DNA from: the human T2T-CHM13v2.0 reference genome, Homo sapiens
NCBI RefSeq assembly: GCF_009914755.1
Contig: NC_060932.1
Strand: one strand, 5' to 3'
DNA length: 64,000 nt
Under the pieces are notes generated by a model. It was not told the DNA's origin, made no database searches, and saw nothing but the letters and a program-made list of their open reading frames with translations. Position numbers and translations under genes: made by a program. Positions 1 to 15,043 of this stretch are shown here, piece after piece (the first letter of the stretch is position 1; every line of letters starts with the position of its first letter).

Positions 1-409
1 GTTCTTAAACCTAAGTGCATGCTCCCTAAACCAGAGTTCTCGCCCTTCCCTAAACTAATCAGTCTTTCCCTGTCTCCCAGGGTTTTCTTATACTATTTCT
101 TCTTCATGATATGCCAGTCACATCTCTATCTTTCTGGATTTCATCCATTCTTTAAGGCCTTCAAGTTCAAAAGCCAACTTTTCCACAAAGTATTTCCAAT
201 TCCTCCTGGGAGTTTTCCCTCCAAATCTTTATCACACATTGTTGTCTAATTTCATCAAACCTTCCTTATTTTTTTTCTTGGTATTAGGGTTATTAATATA
301 ATTTTTATTAATTTATAATGTTTTATTTATTAATAAGACACATTAATTTATGTGTCTTATTCCCCCTATACCCACACATCCCCATGCTGGATGTGGTACA
401 GCAATGAGG

Positions 410-1354
<945 letters not shown>

Positions 1355-2622
1355 CAGGAAAAAGCAGGTGCTTTGAATCCTAATTCTAACACCTATCTGC
1401 ATAGTCAGGAGTAGTTTCCTTATCCATTCTAGACTTATTTTTTTCTTATTTGTGAGAAGGGAGTAATGCTCAACTTTTTCAAATTAAATTAAATCATGTA
1501 TATTAACTACCAGGTACTCACTAAATGCTCCTCTTATTAACTATAATTATCCAGAGGGGGAGCACTCAGCCTTCTCATCTCCAGACCCCTGCAATGCCCT
1601 GCCCATACCTCCAGAAAACAGGTGCTCAGAAGCTTGGTTGAACTGAAGGAATTTGTCTTTAGGTGGGTCCCTTTGCTTAATACTTACCTCAGAATTTAGA
1701 AGCAGTTTGGCAAGCCCTGTGCTGATTGATGGAGCACTAAAGGATATTTCCCCATTAAATTAGTCAGACTTGGGTTTCAGCTGGATGAAAATGGCCCAAT
1801 TCTTGCCCAATTATTATAAAGCTGCTGTTGGTATGATGAAGCCTAGCTGTCATTATGTTTCAGAAAAGATGAAGGCATGTGACAAGTAAGTATTTAAAAA
1901 AGTGAAAACACAGTAAATGCAATGACGCCCAAAAACCTCAATCCTGGTTTCCAAGGCAGAAAGTGGCACTACACTGCGTCCTCTAATGGCTTCTGGGAGT
2001 CATTTAGCTGAGAGGTCTCAAATTTTGGTCTCACTGGAGGTTCCTCATGGAAATGACTGGGGAGAGTAAAACAAAATAAGAAAATCTGTATTTTCCAGCT
2101 GTAACACATGGCCAATCATCAGACAGATAAATCAGACCGTCCCCAGTCCCGATGTGGTACAATTTCCTGACTTAACTCCATTTGTAGTGATTCTCACAGG
2201 CAGGGAGGTTGCGGTACAGATAGAAAGGCTAGAACGAATTTTCCCTTATGGAAACATTTCAAAACAATCTAGGGGTAGCCTTCACTGCCAGTAATTCTGA
2301 GAATCATTCTTTAAAGCTCCTATAAATTAGTGGCTTTATGGTGATTAGCTAGCAAGTAATGAATACAAGACAGTGATTAAGGAGGAAAGGTTTATGCCCA
2401 AGCAAGAAAAGTCACAAATGGGGAAAAGTTGTCTCACCAAACATCCAAGCCACTGTTTCAGAAGTTTTCTAGCTGGTACCATGAGTTTAATAAAGAGAAA
2501 ATAGGACATATAGTTGCTTTATGACAGTAAAATAAAAAAGTCATTCACTGATCAACAAGTACTGTATTTCTCTAGTACATATGCACAACCTCCTCCTCCA
2601 TACTTCCAGCACAAGTGAGCAT

Positions 2623-2648
2623 ACACACACACACACACACACACACAG
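2623..2648. repeat. (CA)n microsatellite
   Basis: Direct read; paralogous (CA)n at ~53683-53714. Confidence 0.95.
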
Positions 2649-4162
2649 CTTTCTCCAGGTCTGCCAAGGGTGCTTACTCTGCACCAATTGCCAAGAATAC
2701 CTTGTTCTCTACAGAAGCTGAGTGTAATCATTATTTTTCTATTTGTCTGGCTATCTACCTGCCTGTTTCTTGCCCTGTTTCAAAAAATCATTTTAGATGG
2801 CTATATGGATATATAACATAACAAGAACTTAAATTAGAAGTGAGATAAAAATAGAAATAAAAACAAATCAAAGATGAAAACACAGCAGACAGAGAAATAA
2901 CTAAAAAGCATAATGCTCCACACAATTGCTACCAGGGAATCACAAATTTGTCTATAAGTTTTCCAGTGGCCACATTTGAAGAGAAACCTAGTCAATTACA
3001 TAATTCTGGTCTATAAGAGAGATTCCCAAAGTTTTGTGTGCATCTGAGTCACCTGAAGAGCTTATAAAATGATAACCATAATTTCAAATTCTGTAGCTCT
3101 GTGGTAGGCTCCTAGAATGTATAATTTAAGCAAGTTCCCATTGACCTTGGAGATGAACACATAAGGACTCGGGAAAAGAACAGTTTTTTTTTATATTAAA
3201 ATCTTAAAATCATAGTGAACTTTCTTCTAGGGAGTAACAAAGAGAACCTTGTGAGATACAATGAACATTCTTACAGTGATGCAAAATGAGTTTCAGAGGT
3301 CACTGGCTGCTGCTTACAATAACATTCAAATAGGCTTTCACAGAGCTTTGTAAAAGTAATTATATTGAGATTTGGTGAAAGTGGAAATGAGGGCAAACTA
3401 TATAATAGTGTTTCCCAGGAACTTGATTTTTGCCAAATTGGCTTGACCCAGGATAGGAACTAAAAAGGACTTTATAACTACTCAGTGTCAACTTTATACC
3501 AAGCAAAAAGGTAAGAACCCCTTAGTAACTATCCCAGCAAAGCATACAAGCTTCAGGTCAGCACCGAGGCTGATCTACAAACTATAATGTGGTTTTGAAG
3601 GAGTGTAATCTAATTAATCTTGTCTTTAAAGTTTATTCTCCTTCAGGGCTTTAGTTGTGATGGAGGGAGGAGGCAGAGAGAGCCTGAATGGAAGGGACTG
3701 AGTAAATCCCCACTATGGGGATTGCTCTTCGTGAAGACTGTTTTAGTGGGCTAAAACAGTCTTTAGCCCACTTTAGTGAAGTTTGTTTTTAGTGGGCTAA
3801 AATCATCCAAATTTCTCAGTATGATAAAGTTGTCAATATAGATGCATTTTACATAATCATTTAAATTTCCTTCATTTCAGTTTTATAGCAGAAAATATTT
3901 AAGTTTTATTATATTTTTCACATCTCATATCTGTCAGTTTGATCTGAAATGACTGCAAGATTTTGGGGTGCTTCATGGGGTTTTGTTTTGCTTTGTTTTG
4001 TTTTTTAACAAATCAAGTATTATATGAGCTGGTCCTTTATGTGAAAAGGAGAAAATCTGGACTACTTTTAGACTATCTATTATTCGCAGGTGCGCATAAA
4101 ATTATGGCCCTCAAACCTGAGTATAAAATAGCATAAGAGAGATGCTATTAGATATTAAGATT

Positions 4163-4400
4163 TCATTCATTTATTCAACAAGTATTTATAAGAACTTGGT
4201 ATTTGCCAAGCACTGTGCCAGATAATTAGAGTACAAGAATGAGCAAAACACTGCCTCCACAGTGTTTATAGTCATGTCCTTACAGGCAAAATGCAATTAT
4301 AACATAGTGTGGTAAGTGGTCTGAATGAAGAAATGCAGAAGACTCAGGAGAGGAAATAAACCCACCCTTGGGTTGTCAGGAAAGGCTTCTTGAAGGAAGT
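4163..4400 (-). mobile_element. L2 fragment (3' end)
   Basis: cattcatttattcaacaagtattta...gccaagcactgtgccag...caggaaaggcttcttgaaggaag, typical L2 3' motifs; shared with copy B ~55435-55665. Confidence 0.65.
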
Positions 4401-4682
4401 CACAGGGAAGGTAAGACCAAATATGTAGGTAATATACAAGTGGAAGTTAGACATGTGTGGGTGGGTTCAGTGTGAGTTGGGATGGGGTTCAAAATAGAAG
4501 GTGGAAGAGGGTATGGTCTGACCTCTGTATCTGCAGGCTGTGCATCTGCAGATTAAACCAAATGCAGATGGAAAATATTTGAGAAAAACAACCAACGACA
4601 ACAACAAAAATACAACAAAAAAGAATGATACAAGCTTTTAAAATACAGTATGACAGCTATTTACATAGCATTTATATTGTAA

Positions 4683-5337
4683 TGTAACCATCCAAGGGGT
4701 TCACCTTGCCTGCTGCCTACATACAGCTGATTTATCAAGACTGGGGAATTGCGATAGAGAAAGAGTAATTCACGTAGAGCCAGCTGTAGGGGAGACTGGA
4801 GTTTTATTATTACTCAAATCAGTCCCTGGAGCATTTGGGGATCAGAGTTGTTAAAGACAATTTGGTGGGAGGGGAGGGGCATTGAGCCGGGGGGTGTTGA
4901 TGGGGCATCACTGTCTTCTTGCACTGAGTCAGTTCCTGGGTGGGGGGTCACAAGATCAGATGGGGCAGTTTCTCAATCTGGGTGGTGCTGGCTGTTCATC
5001 AAGTGAAGGGTCTGCAAAACATCTCAAGCATTGATCTTAAGAGCACTTTAGGGAGGGTCAGAAGCTTGTAGCCTCCAGCCACATGACTCCTAAACCATAA
5101 TTTCTAATCTCGTGGCTAATGTTAGTAGTCTAGTCCCCAGGCGAGAAGGAGGTTTGTTTGGGGAAAGGGCTGTTATCGTCTTTGTTTTAAACTATAAACT
5201 AATTTCCTCCCAAAGTAAGTTCCGCCTATACCCAGGAATGAACAAGGACAGCTTGGAGGTTAGAGGCAAGATGGAGTCATTTAAGTTGGATGGATCTTTA
5301 TCACTATCTCAGTCATAATTTTGCAAACGCAGTTTCA
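4683..5337 (-). mobile_element. LTR8 solo LTR (ERV1)
   Basis: Reverse strand starts tgaaactgcgtttgcaaaattatgactgag...gactccatcttgcctctaacctccaagctgtccttg and ends ggttaca; approximate TSD gtaa/gtat. Confidence 0.85.
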
Positions 5338-5348
5338 GTATTAGGTAT

Positions 5349-5723
5349 TGATATGGTTTAGCTCTGTGTACCCACCCAAATCTCACCTTGAATTGTAATC
5401 TCCATAATCCTCACGTGTCAAGGGTAGGACCAGGTGGAGGTAATTGGATCACGGGGGCAGTTTCCCCTATGCTGTTCTCGTGATAGTGAGTTCTCATGAG
5501 ATCTGATGGTTTTATATGCATCTGGCATTTCCCCTGCTTGCACTCGCTCCATCCTGCCACCCTGTGAAGAAGGTGCCGGCTTCTCCTTTGCCTTCCGCCA
5601 TGATTATAAGTTTCCTGAGGCCTCCCTAGCAATGCAGAACTGTGAGTCAATTAAAGCTCTTTCCTTTATAAATTACCCAGTCTTGGGTATTTCTTCATAG
5701 CAGTGTGAGAATGGACTAATACG
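5349..5723 (+). mobile_element. THE1C/D-type MaLR solo LTR
   Basis: tgatatggtttagctctgtgtacccacccaaatctc...gagaatggactaatac; 5-bp TSD ggtat (5344-5348, 5724-5728). Confidence 0.9.
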
Positions 5724-5791
5724 GGTATTATAAATAATCTAGAGATGACTTAAAGTATAAAGGAGGATACCTATAGACTATATGCAAATAC

Positions 5792-6441
5792 GGTAATGCC
5801 TAACCTTGTTTTTACTCTAACTCGTTACTTTTAAGTTTTCCCTGCTTGTCTCCTTAGTTACCCAGCCTTGTTTTTCCCATACGAGTAAGACTTTCTCTTG
5901 GCTGGGAAAGCCGGACAAACTCCATTTGGCTTCTTGATGTTTACAAGACATTAAGGGCTCCTTACCCAACCCCCTTCCTCAAGGAGTTAACCTGTGTAAG
6001 CAGATCAGCATTTCAAAGGAGCCCAATTGACTGATGAGGTACTGAAACAAACAATGTAAGAAGTTCCCAGGATTTTACTCAAAGAGGTAACAACATAAAG
6101 CCTTGAGACTGTGTCCGGCATAGCATCTATATCTAACTCTAATAAAGGACTTAGAGCCCCACACCTGGTTCCACTGTTTTTTTGTAACCATTTGTCTTTT
6201 AAATTGTTTATCTCTCTGTAACCATTTGTTTCTTTGATTCTTGCATGTTTTTACTTCTGCAGAATTATTGCATTTGAGTTCCCCTCCCCTTCCTAAACCA
6301 AGGTATAAAAGTTAATCAAGCCCCTTCCTCAAGGCCGAGAGAATTTTGAGCGTTAGCCATCTCTTTGGCCGCTGGCTTAAATAACGGACTCTTAATTCAT
6401 CTCAAAGTGTGGCGTTTTCTCTAACTTGTCTGGGTATAACA
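5792..6441 (+). mobile_element. ERV1 solo LTR (LTR6A/6B-like)
   Basis: (t/g)gtaatgcctaaccttgtttttact...tataaaa...ctcaaagtgtggcgttttctctaac...tataaca; 4-bp TSD atac (5788-5791, 6442-6445); subfamily from memory. Confidence 0.65.
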
Positions 6442-7815
6442 ATACTACACCATTTTATATTGGGCATTTGAGCATCTGCAAATTTTGCTATCAACCAGAG
6501 GTCCTGGGACTAACCCCCAAAGACACCAAGGGAGGACTGTATTACCTCTTACCCCTCAAAAACGAAAAAAAAAATCTCAGCTTGTTGTGAAGGTTCACAG
6601 CAGAGGAAGGAATGCTGCTGCAGCTGAAAGAAATCCAGTCTGAACTTTATGTCAGTGCGTGAAGCTGGAGGTGAAAACCCTGAGATGAGGAGCGGGGGAT
6701 CAAGCCTGATGACCTTATAATCCATATTAAGGAATTTAGACTTCATCCCAAAACTGAGGAGCCATTAAGCTGGTGATCACTGATTTGCATTTAGAAAGAG
6801 TATTCGAACATCTACAGCCCTCACACCTCACCTTTCATCATGTGTAAAGTCAGATGAATGATGTTAAGGGGTTAACACTTGAAACTCTAAGGTAGTAAAA
6901 TAAATTCAGAATGGAGAACGCTGTGGTAGGAAAAACTCAAGCACCATGCACAGGTGCACAGGTCCTCACTGCCCTGAGTCTGCCAACTCTGAAGTGACCA
7001 GACAAGTTGCTGCCACTTTGAAGTCAGGGATATGAAGGTACGTTGCCAGTTATGAGAAACTAAATCAATGATAATGTTATTACATTTTTCCTCAACATAA
7101 CATAAATAGTAATTGTATACTTCTCTTATATTGTTCCTCACAAACCCCACCTCCATTACTCCATCATGCAAGCAAACACAATTTCTAAGAAAAAAGAAAA
7201 GGAAAGTGGACATATAGTAGTGTCTAAGCGCCCCCTGCCTTGTACCCCTGGAGATACAAGCTCCCAAATGTTTTTATTAGTGAGTCAATTATTTAACAGG
7301 GATATTGAAATTATTTGTGGAAAAGTGTTCTCAGATGTGATAACAAAAGACAAGTATTTTATTTTCTATATGTTTGTGATTAATGAACATCTTTTAACAG
7401 CTGAACCTGGAAGGCAACTGAAATCCAGGCCATAGTGTGTACAGGGCACCTATGGCTCTGCTGAAGGGAATGTGAGTTAACTCACGACCCAGAGTAATTC
7501 AATTTATGAAGGATTCCCTTGGTTTTAATACTATTTTACTAAACTCAAATATTGGCTAATGAGGTTATTTGAAGAAAAAAATAGTGTTTCAGAAATGGAA
7601 ATACTTAATACAAGATGATTCCTTATGTGTAGTTTGTCATCTAGTGTTAATTTGTGGGAATTAAAAAAGGCAGGTACAATAATATCCAAGGAGGCTCATC
7701 AGGTAGCAAAGCAACATTTTAATTTTAAGGTATCAAGTTGTGTCCTAAGACCCTCTAAGGTTCCTGGAGGTGGATGAGTAGGTGGGTATGTGAATTGGCT
7801 ACTTTTAAGAAATCA

Positions 7816-8115
7816 AGCCAGACACAGTGGTCCTTGCCTGTAATCCCAGCACTTTGGGAGGCTAAGGCACGAGGATTGCTTGGGCTCAGAAGTTTGAGAC
7901 CAGCCTGGGCAACACAGAGACTACATCTCTATAAAAAGTAAATAAAAACAAAAAAGCCAGGTGTGGTGGCTCACGCCTGTAGTCCCAGCTACTCAGGAAG
8001 CTGAGATGGGAGGATTGCTTAAGCCTGGGAGGTCAAGGCTGCAGTGAGCCATGATTGGGCCGCTGCACTCCAGCCTGGGAGACAGAGCGAGATCCTGTCT
8101 GAAAGACAAAAAAAA
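7816..8115 (+). mobile_element. AluJ
   Basis: Dimeric Alu with J-type gaggtcaaggctgcagtgagccatgatt; absent at the paralogous site (~57283). Confidence 0.9.
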
Positions 8116-9761
8116 GTTACATCCAGGAAACAAAATGGTTCTCAATTCTGGCTGCTTGGTATCACCTGGGAAACTTAAAAAATACAGATGGCCAGGTGAC
8201 CCTCCAGACCTGGTCAGACTCACTCAGGTGGGATGCCAGCAGTGGCTTATCTATAAGCTCCCCAGGTGGTTCTAACGTACAGCCAGCAGGAGGACCACTA
8301 GGCAGGGGGTTAAGACTGTGCACCTCAGCGGTGTCTCTGCAGAAGTGTCATTGCTTAGCTATGTCACCCTGAGCAGGGAAATTGGGCTAATTAACATCTA
8401 TTTGCCTCAGTACAAGGAGGATAATGATGTTTCCTGGGGTTATTGTGAGGTTTAAGTATGATCATGAGTATCAAGTGTTTAGCATAATGCATGGTACATT
8501 GTGCTCAGCAAATGCTAAATATCATTAATAACATTTTATCAAGGAAAATATTTCATGAATTACTTAAACTACCTAAGGGATATGAAGGTATTATATAGGA
8601 CATACTGGAAGTAAGAACATATTACCTATGGCATATTTCCATTCTTCTTAAACAGGCAGCCTGCTGGGGTTGAATGCTGATACCCAGCTCCATCTGAGAA
8701 GCTTGTTACTTCTTTTCCAGTGCTTACTTACCTAAAGTGCTTTATAACACATTGAATTATTCCCAATTTTTCCTAATCTCTGTCTTTGGGTTCAAAATAT
8801 CAAATGCCCTAGCAAATTTAATTTGTCCTTTTGGGTCAGATATCCTTTCCTGAATTAAACAAGGAACAGAGCCACACCATCTACAGATGTGGTGACAGTC
8901 AGCACAGTCCTGTTTGTTGGGGTCAACTCCCAGAGAAAGGAGAATCACTGTAACTTATAGTAAACTTCACAATCATAAAAAAGTAATCTATTATTAGTGT
9001 AGACTATTCTGGGCAGAATGACGGTCATCTGAAAAGGCTCAGAGGAGGCCAGTGAAGAGCTAGTGTTCCAGTTTGGTTGGACAATTGAAACATGACTTAT
9101 GACAAATTGGATATGAAGACTAGGGAAAGAGAAAACTCAAATATATTAGGTGCTAATTTGAAAGGGCCGAGGTGAATGCTGCAGTATAGTAGTAGAAAAG
9201 CATGAGCAAAAAATAGAAATATATTGAACAGATCAAGTATGGGCAGGAGATGCAGGGGGAGAATTCAGATGGGAAATATGGGCTGTAGGTCAAGACTGGG
9301 GAGTCAGTAGAAAGGATGTGATGGTTGAAATCATGGGGCTTGCATGGGTCTCCTCAGAGTGACTTGACAGTCAGAAGGTAAACCACCAAGGAGAGCACTC
9401 TACAGAACTGTATTATCACCAGAGAAGAAAAGTCAGCAAAAGAAACAAAGAAAGGAACAAAGAACATTTCAACATGGGATTTTTTTTTAAAACAAAACAA
9501 GCAAGGGGGAAGGACTGAAGAGAGGTTAAGTTCAAAGCAGAAACAATTTGGCTTCTGTAAATTATTAGGATATCGTTGGTGATATCAAAATGTGCAGAAC
9601 CATTGGAAGTTAGAGCTTCAGCCAGATTGCAATCATCCACATTATTGCGTGTAACTGGAGTCTATTTTTTCATTGCTACAGAACATTCTTCATGTGATTA
9701 GACCACATTTTTTAAAAAAAATCCATTCTGTTGGCCAAGGATGATTAAGATATTTATTGGT

Positions 9762-10079
<318 letters not shown>

Positions 10080-11156
10080 TTACTGGCCAGGTTGGTGTGA
10101 GACAGAGGAAATTGCAAGTCATACTTGTCTGAAAAATGTCATCTATTCTCTTACTTAAAGGCTGAATGGAATCCAGTTACAATGAAATTATATAAGGATT
10201 TGGGAGGAAACCAAATAGTTGAATATTAATAATAATGCATAATTTGCCAACATAAATCAGCATCAACATCTTTGAAATGTGACTATTGAAATGAGTAAAA
10301 TGTTACACTGTATCTAAATATATCAGATATCTGATGAGAGTGCTTTTTGGGAACAGTTTCTTCTCTCTTAGGGAGTTTAAAGCAAATTAAAATACATACC
10401 TTAACTAAGTGCTTTGGAAAATATATTTATCGCAGAAATGCCTACAATAAGCAACTCTATCTGGCAGTATGTTAATGTGAAATATACAAAATATAACTAG
10501 ACTGTTTTTACTTCAAAATTCACATCATCATGAAAAATACAGCAAAAGTACAGAATGGTGAGCTCATTATGTATCTACTCTATATAATAACTAGGAATTG
10601 ATGACTTCAAAATATTCATTCTTACAATGTTTAATTTTGATTGCTAACTGACAAGCACGGTGCTAGGTGTTATATGAGCACTGAATAAAACAAAAAAGTT
10701 TCTCTGCAAAGAAAAAAACCTTGGTCTAGGAAGTACTCAATATATCCTTACAAATTTAAATATGGCTTTTGAAACCAAACAATTTTTTTTTCCAAATAGG
10801 TAACTTTCTAAGCGAGTGTCTAGGCATACATATATATAGCAAGTCAAAATTTCAGACCATTGATACTCAGAAATGCAAAATTGCTAACTATTTCAGTTGA
10901 TGTTATACTTATTTCATCAACTATACTTTTTGTGTATTTTTCCTAAAGCTCTTACATGCAATTTTTTTAAACAATGAAGTAAACATCATGTCTATTCTTG
11001 CAAACCTAGCCATAGTAAAATATGAAACAAGTTCAAAATTCTTAATCTGGACAAAGACAATTTAAACTAAGCATATAATACATCTGAAACACGTATCCAC
11101 AGTGAGTCAGCAAATCTGGGGAAAAGCAACTGTGATTGACTATGAGGCTGCTGTAA

Positions 11157-11272
11157 TTAATCTTCATCATCTCATTGAAAAGGTGCTACCTGAATTTCTT
11201 TGGCTATCCTTTCTGCTAATGCTGTACAATTTGCAGCAATTATTCTCCGTGACATTAAATGGAATGGTCCAC
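11157..11272 (-). pseudogene. IMPA1P1: IMPA1P1 exon 9 (last coding exon)
   Basis: Reads GPFHLMSRRIIAANCTALAERIAKEIQVAPFQ*DDED* (IMPA1 ends ...IQVIPLQRDDED); acceptor AG at 11274-11273; premature TGA at 11172-11174; native TAA at 11157-11159. Confidence 0.92.
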
Positions 11273-12161
11273 CTAAAACAAATCAAGTATGGTAAATAGT
11301 TATATCTGGTACAAAAATAATTTATATCAAACAAGTACAGCAATGTGCACTATGGTCAATCACGACATTTTAATACTTTCAGTTTTCTTTTAAAAATCTA
11401 CTGTCACATAACTACAATGTTTAAGCTTTGGCAATCCATAGCTGAGTTTCTAAGTATATGTTTTTTAAAATACCAGTTTTTTGGTATTTACTGGCAAGGT
11501 TGGTGGGGGAGAGAGGGAGTCTCAAGTCATGCTAGTCTGAAAATGTCATCTATTCTCTATTTCTTTGTTTGTGTGTGTGTGTGTGTATATACACTGTTAT
11601 TACCTCTTTACTGTTTAAGAATCTATGGACAGAAAATGTGACTCCAATTAATTTTCATACCACTATCCTTCCCATTTCCTTATTTCTTTGTTGCCTTTCT
11701 CTCAGATCACTGGTGAATTCTTTGAACCCAGGTTCACTCTTCACTTCAAAAATTTCACCATCAGCTCAAAGCAAATATTTAACTTCTCTAGTCCCAACAC
11801 AGAAGGTGATGGTGGAGGACTGAAGTCAATCATCAACTATCACAATGGTCAGCATTCAAAGAACTCTAAATACAAGCCTCAGAGTCAGTGACTCTCTAGG
11901 CTTTCTCAACAGCCTTTCAGGAGTTCCTATTACTCACATTTGAAAAGGCTTAGCCATTTATCACTATCAGTCCCATATTGCCATTAGTTCTCATCCTTGC
12001 CTCTATCTCCTAATGTTTATTTTGATTTTGCACAAAATTATATAGCCTGTTTGTCTTAAAATCCAAGCTATCATATGTATCAAACTTTTTTTAAACTCCA
12101 TATACAGAGGAAAGTCCAAGAGATGTAAAGGGAAAAATGATTCACTATCTCATAATTTTAC

Positions 12162-12313
12162 CAGTAACATCCATTAGCACGCCACCAGCTTCAGTAACAA
12201 TAATGGCAGCTACTGCAATATCCCAGCAGTGAATTCCCATTTCATAAAATGCCTCTGCTCCTCCACTTGCCGCAATGCACATATTAGTAGCTGCTGTTCC
12301 AACACTCTGGATC
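12162..12313 (-). pseudogene. IMPA1P1: IMPA1P1 exon 8
   Basis: 152 nt with AG/GT ends; IQSVGTAATNMCIAASGGAEAFYEMGIHCWDIAVAAIIVTEAGGVLMDVT contains the IMPase WD-x11-GG signature. Confidence 0.95.
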
Positions 12314-12965
12314 CTCAAAAATAGTATTCAAAAATGGCAGATTGAAAAAATAACCTTTCAAGTAAGGTATTCCTCCTAACTTCAGTTTGAATGTTGATTG
12401 AGATAAGTTGAACCAATCTAGAGAATAAATGTAAAAAAAGATGGTATTTAATCTTAAAATAAAAATATATAAAATCCAGTTATCGTGATATACTATATAA
12501 ATCCCAAAACTAATCCTCACAAAGCAATAATTTAATAAGATAAACATGAAAGCAATAATTTTGCAGAAAAAAAGCCCTAAAAATAATGCTATAATTCTAC
12601 TATAACAGCATGCAAATATATTCATATTTTTTTAAACCCAAGGCAACCACAGCTTATTTTACACAGATACACACACACATGCACACATACACAATGCACA
12701 ATAATCTCTAGGGAGCATAAAGTATCATGATATTGATCATTCCCAACTGGATGTGCATCATATCTAGACCTAAAGGGATTGCAACCCACCTGGGTTCTGC
12801 ACAAACCTAGGCCTCTCTTGAAAGATTACTACAGGTTTTTCCTCTCATAGCACCTCTTCCTTGAAAATACAGCAAGGTAAGATGAATGTGTAAGATATAA
12901 GTAAGAATAAGTAAGATACTACTTGATAGCAATTATAGTAATAACTTATTCAGTAAAGAATCATC

Positions 12966-13264
12966 AGCCGGGCGTGGTGGCTCACACCTGTAATCCCAGC
13001 ACTTTGGGAGGCCAAGGTGGGCAGATCACAAGGTCAGGAGACCGAGACCATCCTGGCTAACACGGTGAAACCCCATCTCTACTAAAAATATATATTAAAA
13101 AGAATTAGCCAGGCGTTGTTGCGGGCACCTGTAGTCCCAGCTACTCAGGAGGCTGAGGCAGAAGAATGGCGTGAACCTGGGAGGCAGAGCTTGCAGTGAG
13201 CCAAGATCGAGCCACTACACTCCAGCCTGGGCAACAGAGCAAGACTCCATCTCAAAAAAAAAAA
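12966..13264 (+). mobile_element. AluY/Sc
   Basis: Full Alu; TSD aatcatca. Confidence 0.9.
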
Positions 13265-13269
13265 TCATC

Positions 13270-13890
13270 AATAAATGTTAAAATTAATGGGTAAAAGTTT
13301 GATATTTTTGGTATCAAAGTATCTCTCCACAAGATATATAATAAGTACAGTGAGGAAAAAATAGCATTTTTACAATGATCTATCTACCATTACCAAGTAA
13401 TCAAAGTTAATATCACCCATAATAGGACAAAAAGATACCATGTGCCTCCTGATATGATGCACTGAGAAGTACAGAACATTACTTCTGTGACATTCCTGCC
13501 AAAAATTCATAATCCAAATGTAATCATAAATAAACTAGACAAATTCAAATCAAGAGATAGACCACGAAATAATTGGCCTATACTTTTGAAAAATGTCAAG
13601 GTCATAAAAGATAAAGAAAGACCAAGCAAGTTATAAATTAAAGGAAACTGAAGAGAAATGAGAACTAAATGCAATCAATGTATGAGTCTGGATTGGACAT
13701 TGGGTTAAAATTTTTTTCAAAATTTGAATAAAGTCTTTATATTAGATTATGTATCAATGTTAATTTCCTGACTTTTATAATTGTGCTGTGGCTGTGTTAG
13801 ACAATGTTCCTTTTTATTAAAGAAATACACACTGAAATGTGTTTTTAGAAGAAAAAGATCATTATGTCTGCAAGTTAATTGCAAATGGTT
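13270..13890 (+). mobile_element. Old L1M (MC/ME-type) 3' fragment
   Basis: caagtaatcaaagttaatatcacc...gatatgatgcactgagaag...gtatcaatgttaatttcctga...aaatacacactgaa motifs. Confidence 0.65.
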
Positions 13891-14679
13891 TCTATTCAAA
13901 CTCCTTTTGTGACTGTTTAAAGCTCTGGAAATAAAGCAGTGGGTTCTATTTACCAAGATCTTTCCCAGTTTATTTTTTTAAAAAGTAATGATAAATTGAT
14001 TACAAATGTGGTATTTATTTTGTATTGTATTGTAAAAAATATTGCACCTAAGTACATCCTTCATCTCAAAGGGACTTTTTAAAAAAAGGATTAGAATGAT
14101 ATAATGTCTTTGATTTGGAATTTTTTCCTGCCTATGTTTTTGCTGCACATCTAATTTAAGAAAGAACTAGGAGGTGCAATAAATTTCCAAGATGTTTGTT
14201 TCCCAAATGCATGAAATCAAATTAGCTTTTGTGGCATTTTTTCAGTTATAAAGAAAGATGTGTTTCTCCCCTTTTCATATGAGATATGTGATAGCTGATA
14301 TCTCATATTATAGAAAGCAAAGACCAAGATCTTCTACAAGTAATCCCTTAGTATTCTATTCAGAGAATCCTAGGCTAGCAGAACAACAGTGATAGCAACT
14401 AGTGGTGCTTCCATCACTTCTAATGCACATCATGGGATCTCAGGCAAGGAGTCTTGTAGTCAGCTAGAGCATATATTTTGTGAGCAAATATTACCAAAGA
14501 GATTACTTATATTACCAGGTAATTAAGGCTATGGTATAGATTCTACAATGTGCCTTCTGAATCCTATCTTAATCTGATCCTCCTATACAGCTAATAGGGT
14601 ATATCATAAAAAAGCCTATGTTTGGGGTCACAAAGAGTTGAGTTTGTTCCATGCTCAGCTGCTTAAAAACCCTAATCTG

Positions 14680-15043
<364 letters not shown>

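Larger units (their letters stand above)
4514..6539 (+). mobile_element. MER2 (Tigger-family DNA transposon) split into 4 pieces by three LTR insertions
   Basis: MER2 pieces at 4514-4682, 5338-5348, 5724-5791 and 6442-6539 join contiguously; TA target duplication at 4512-4513 and 6540-6541. Confidence 0.8.
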
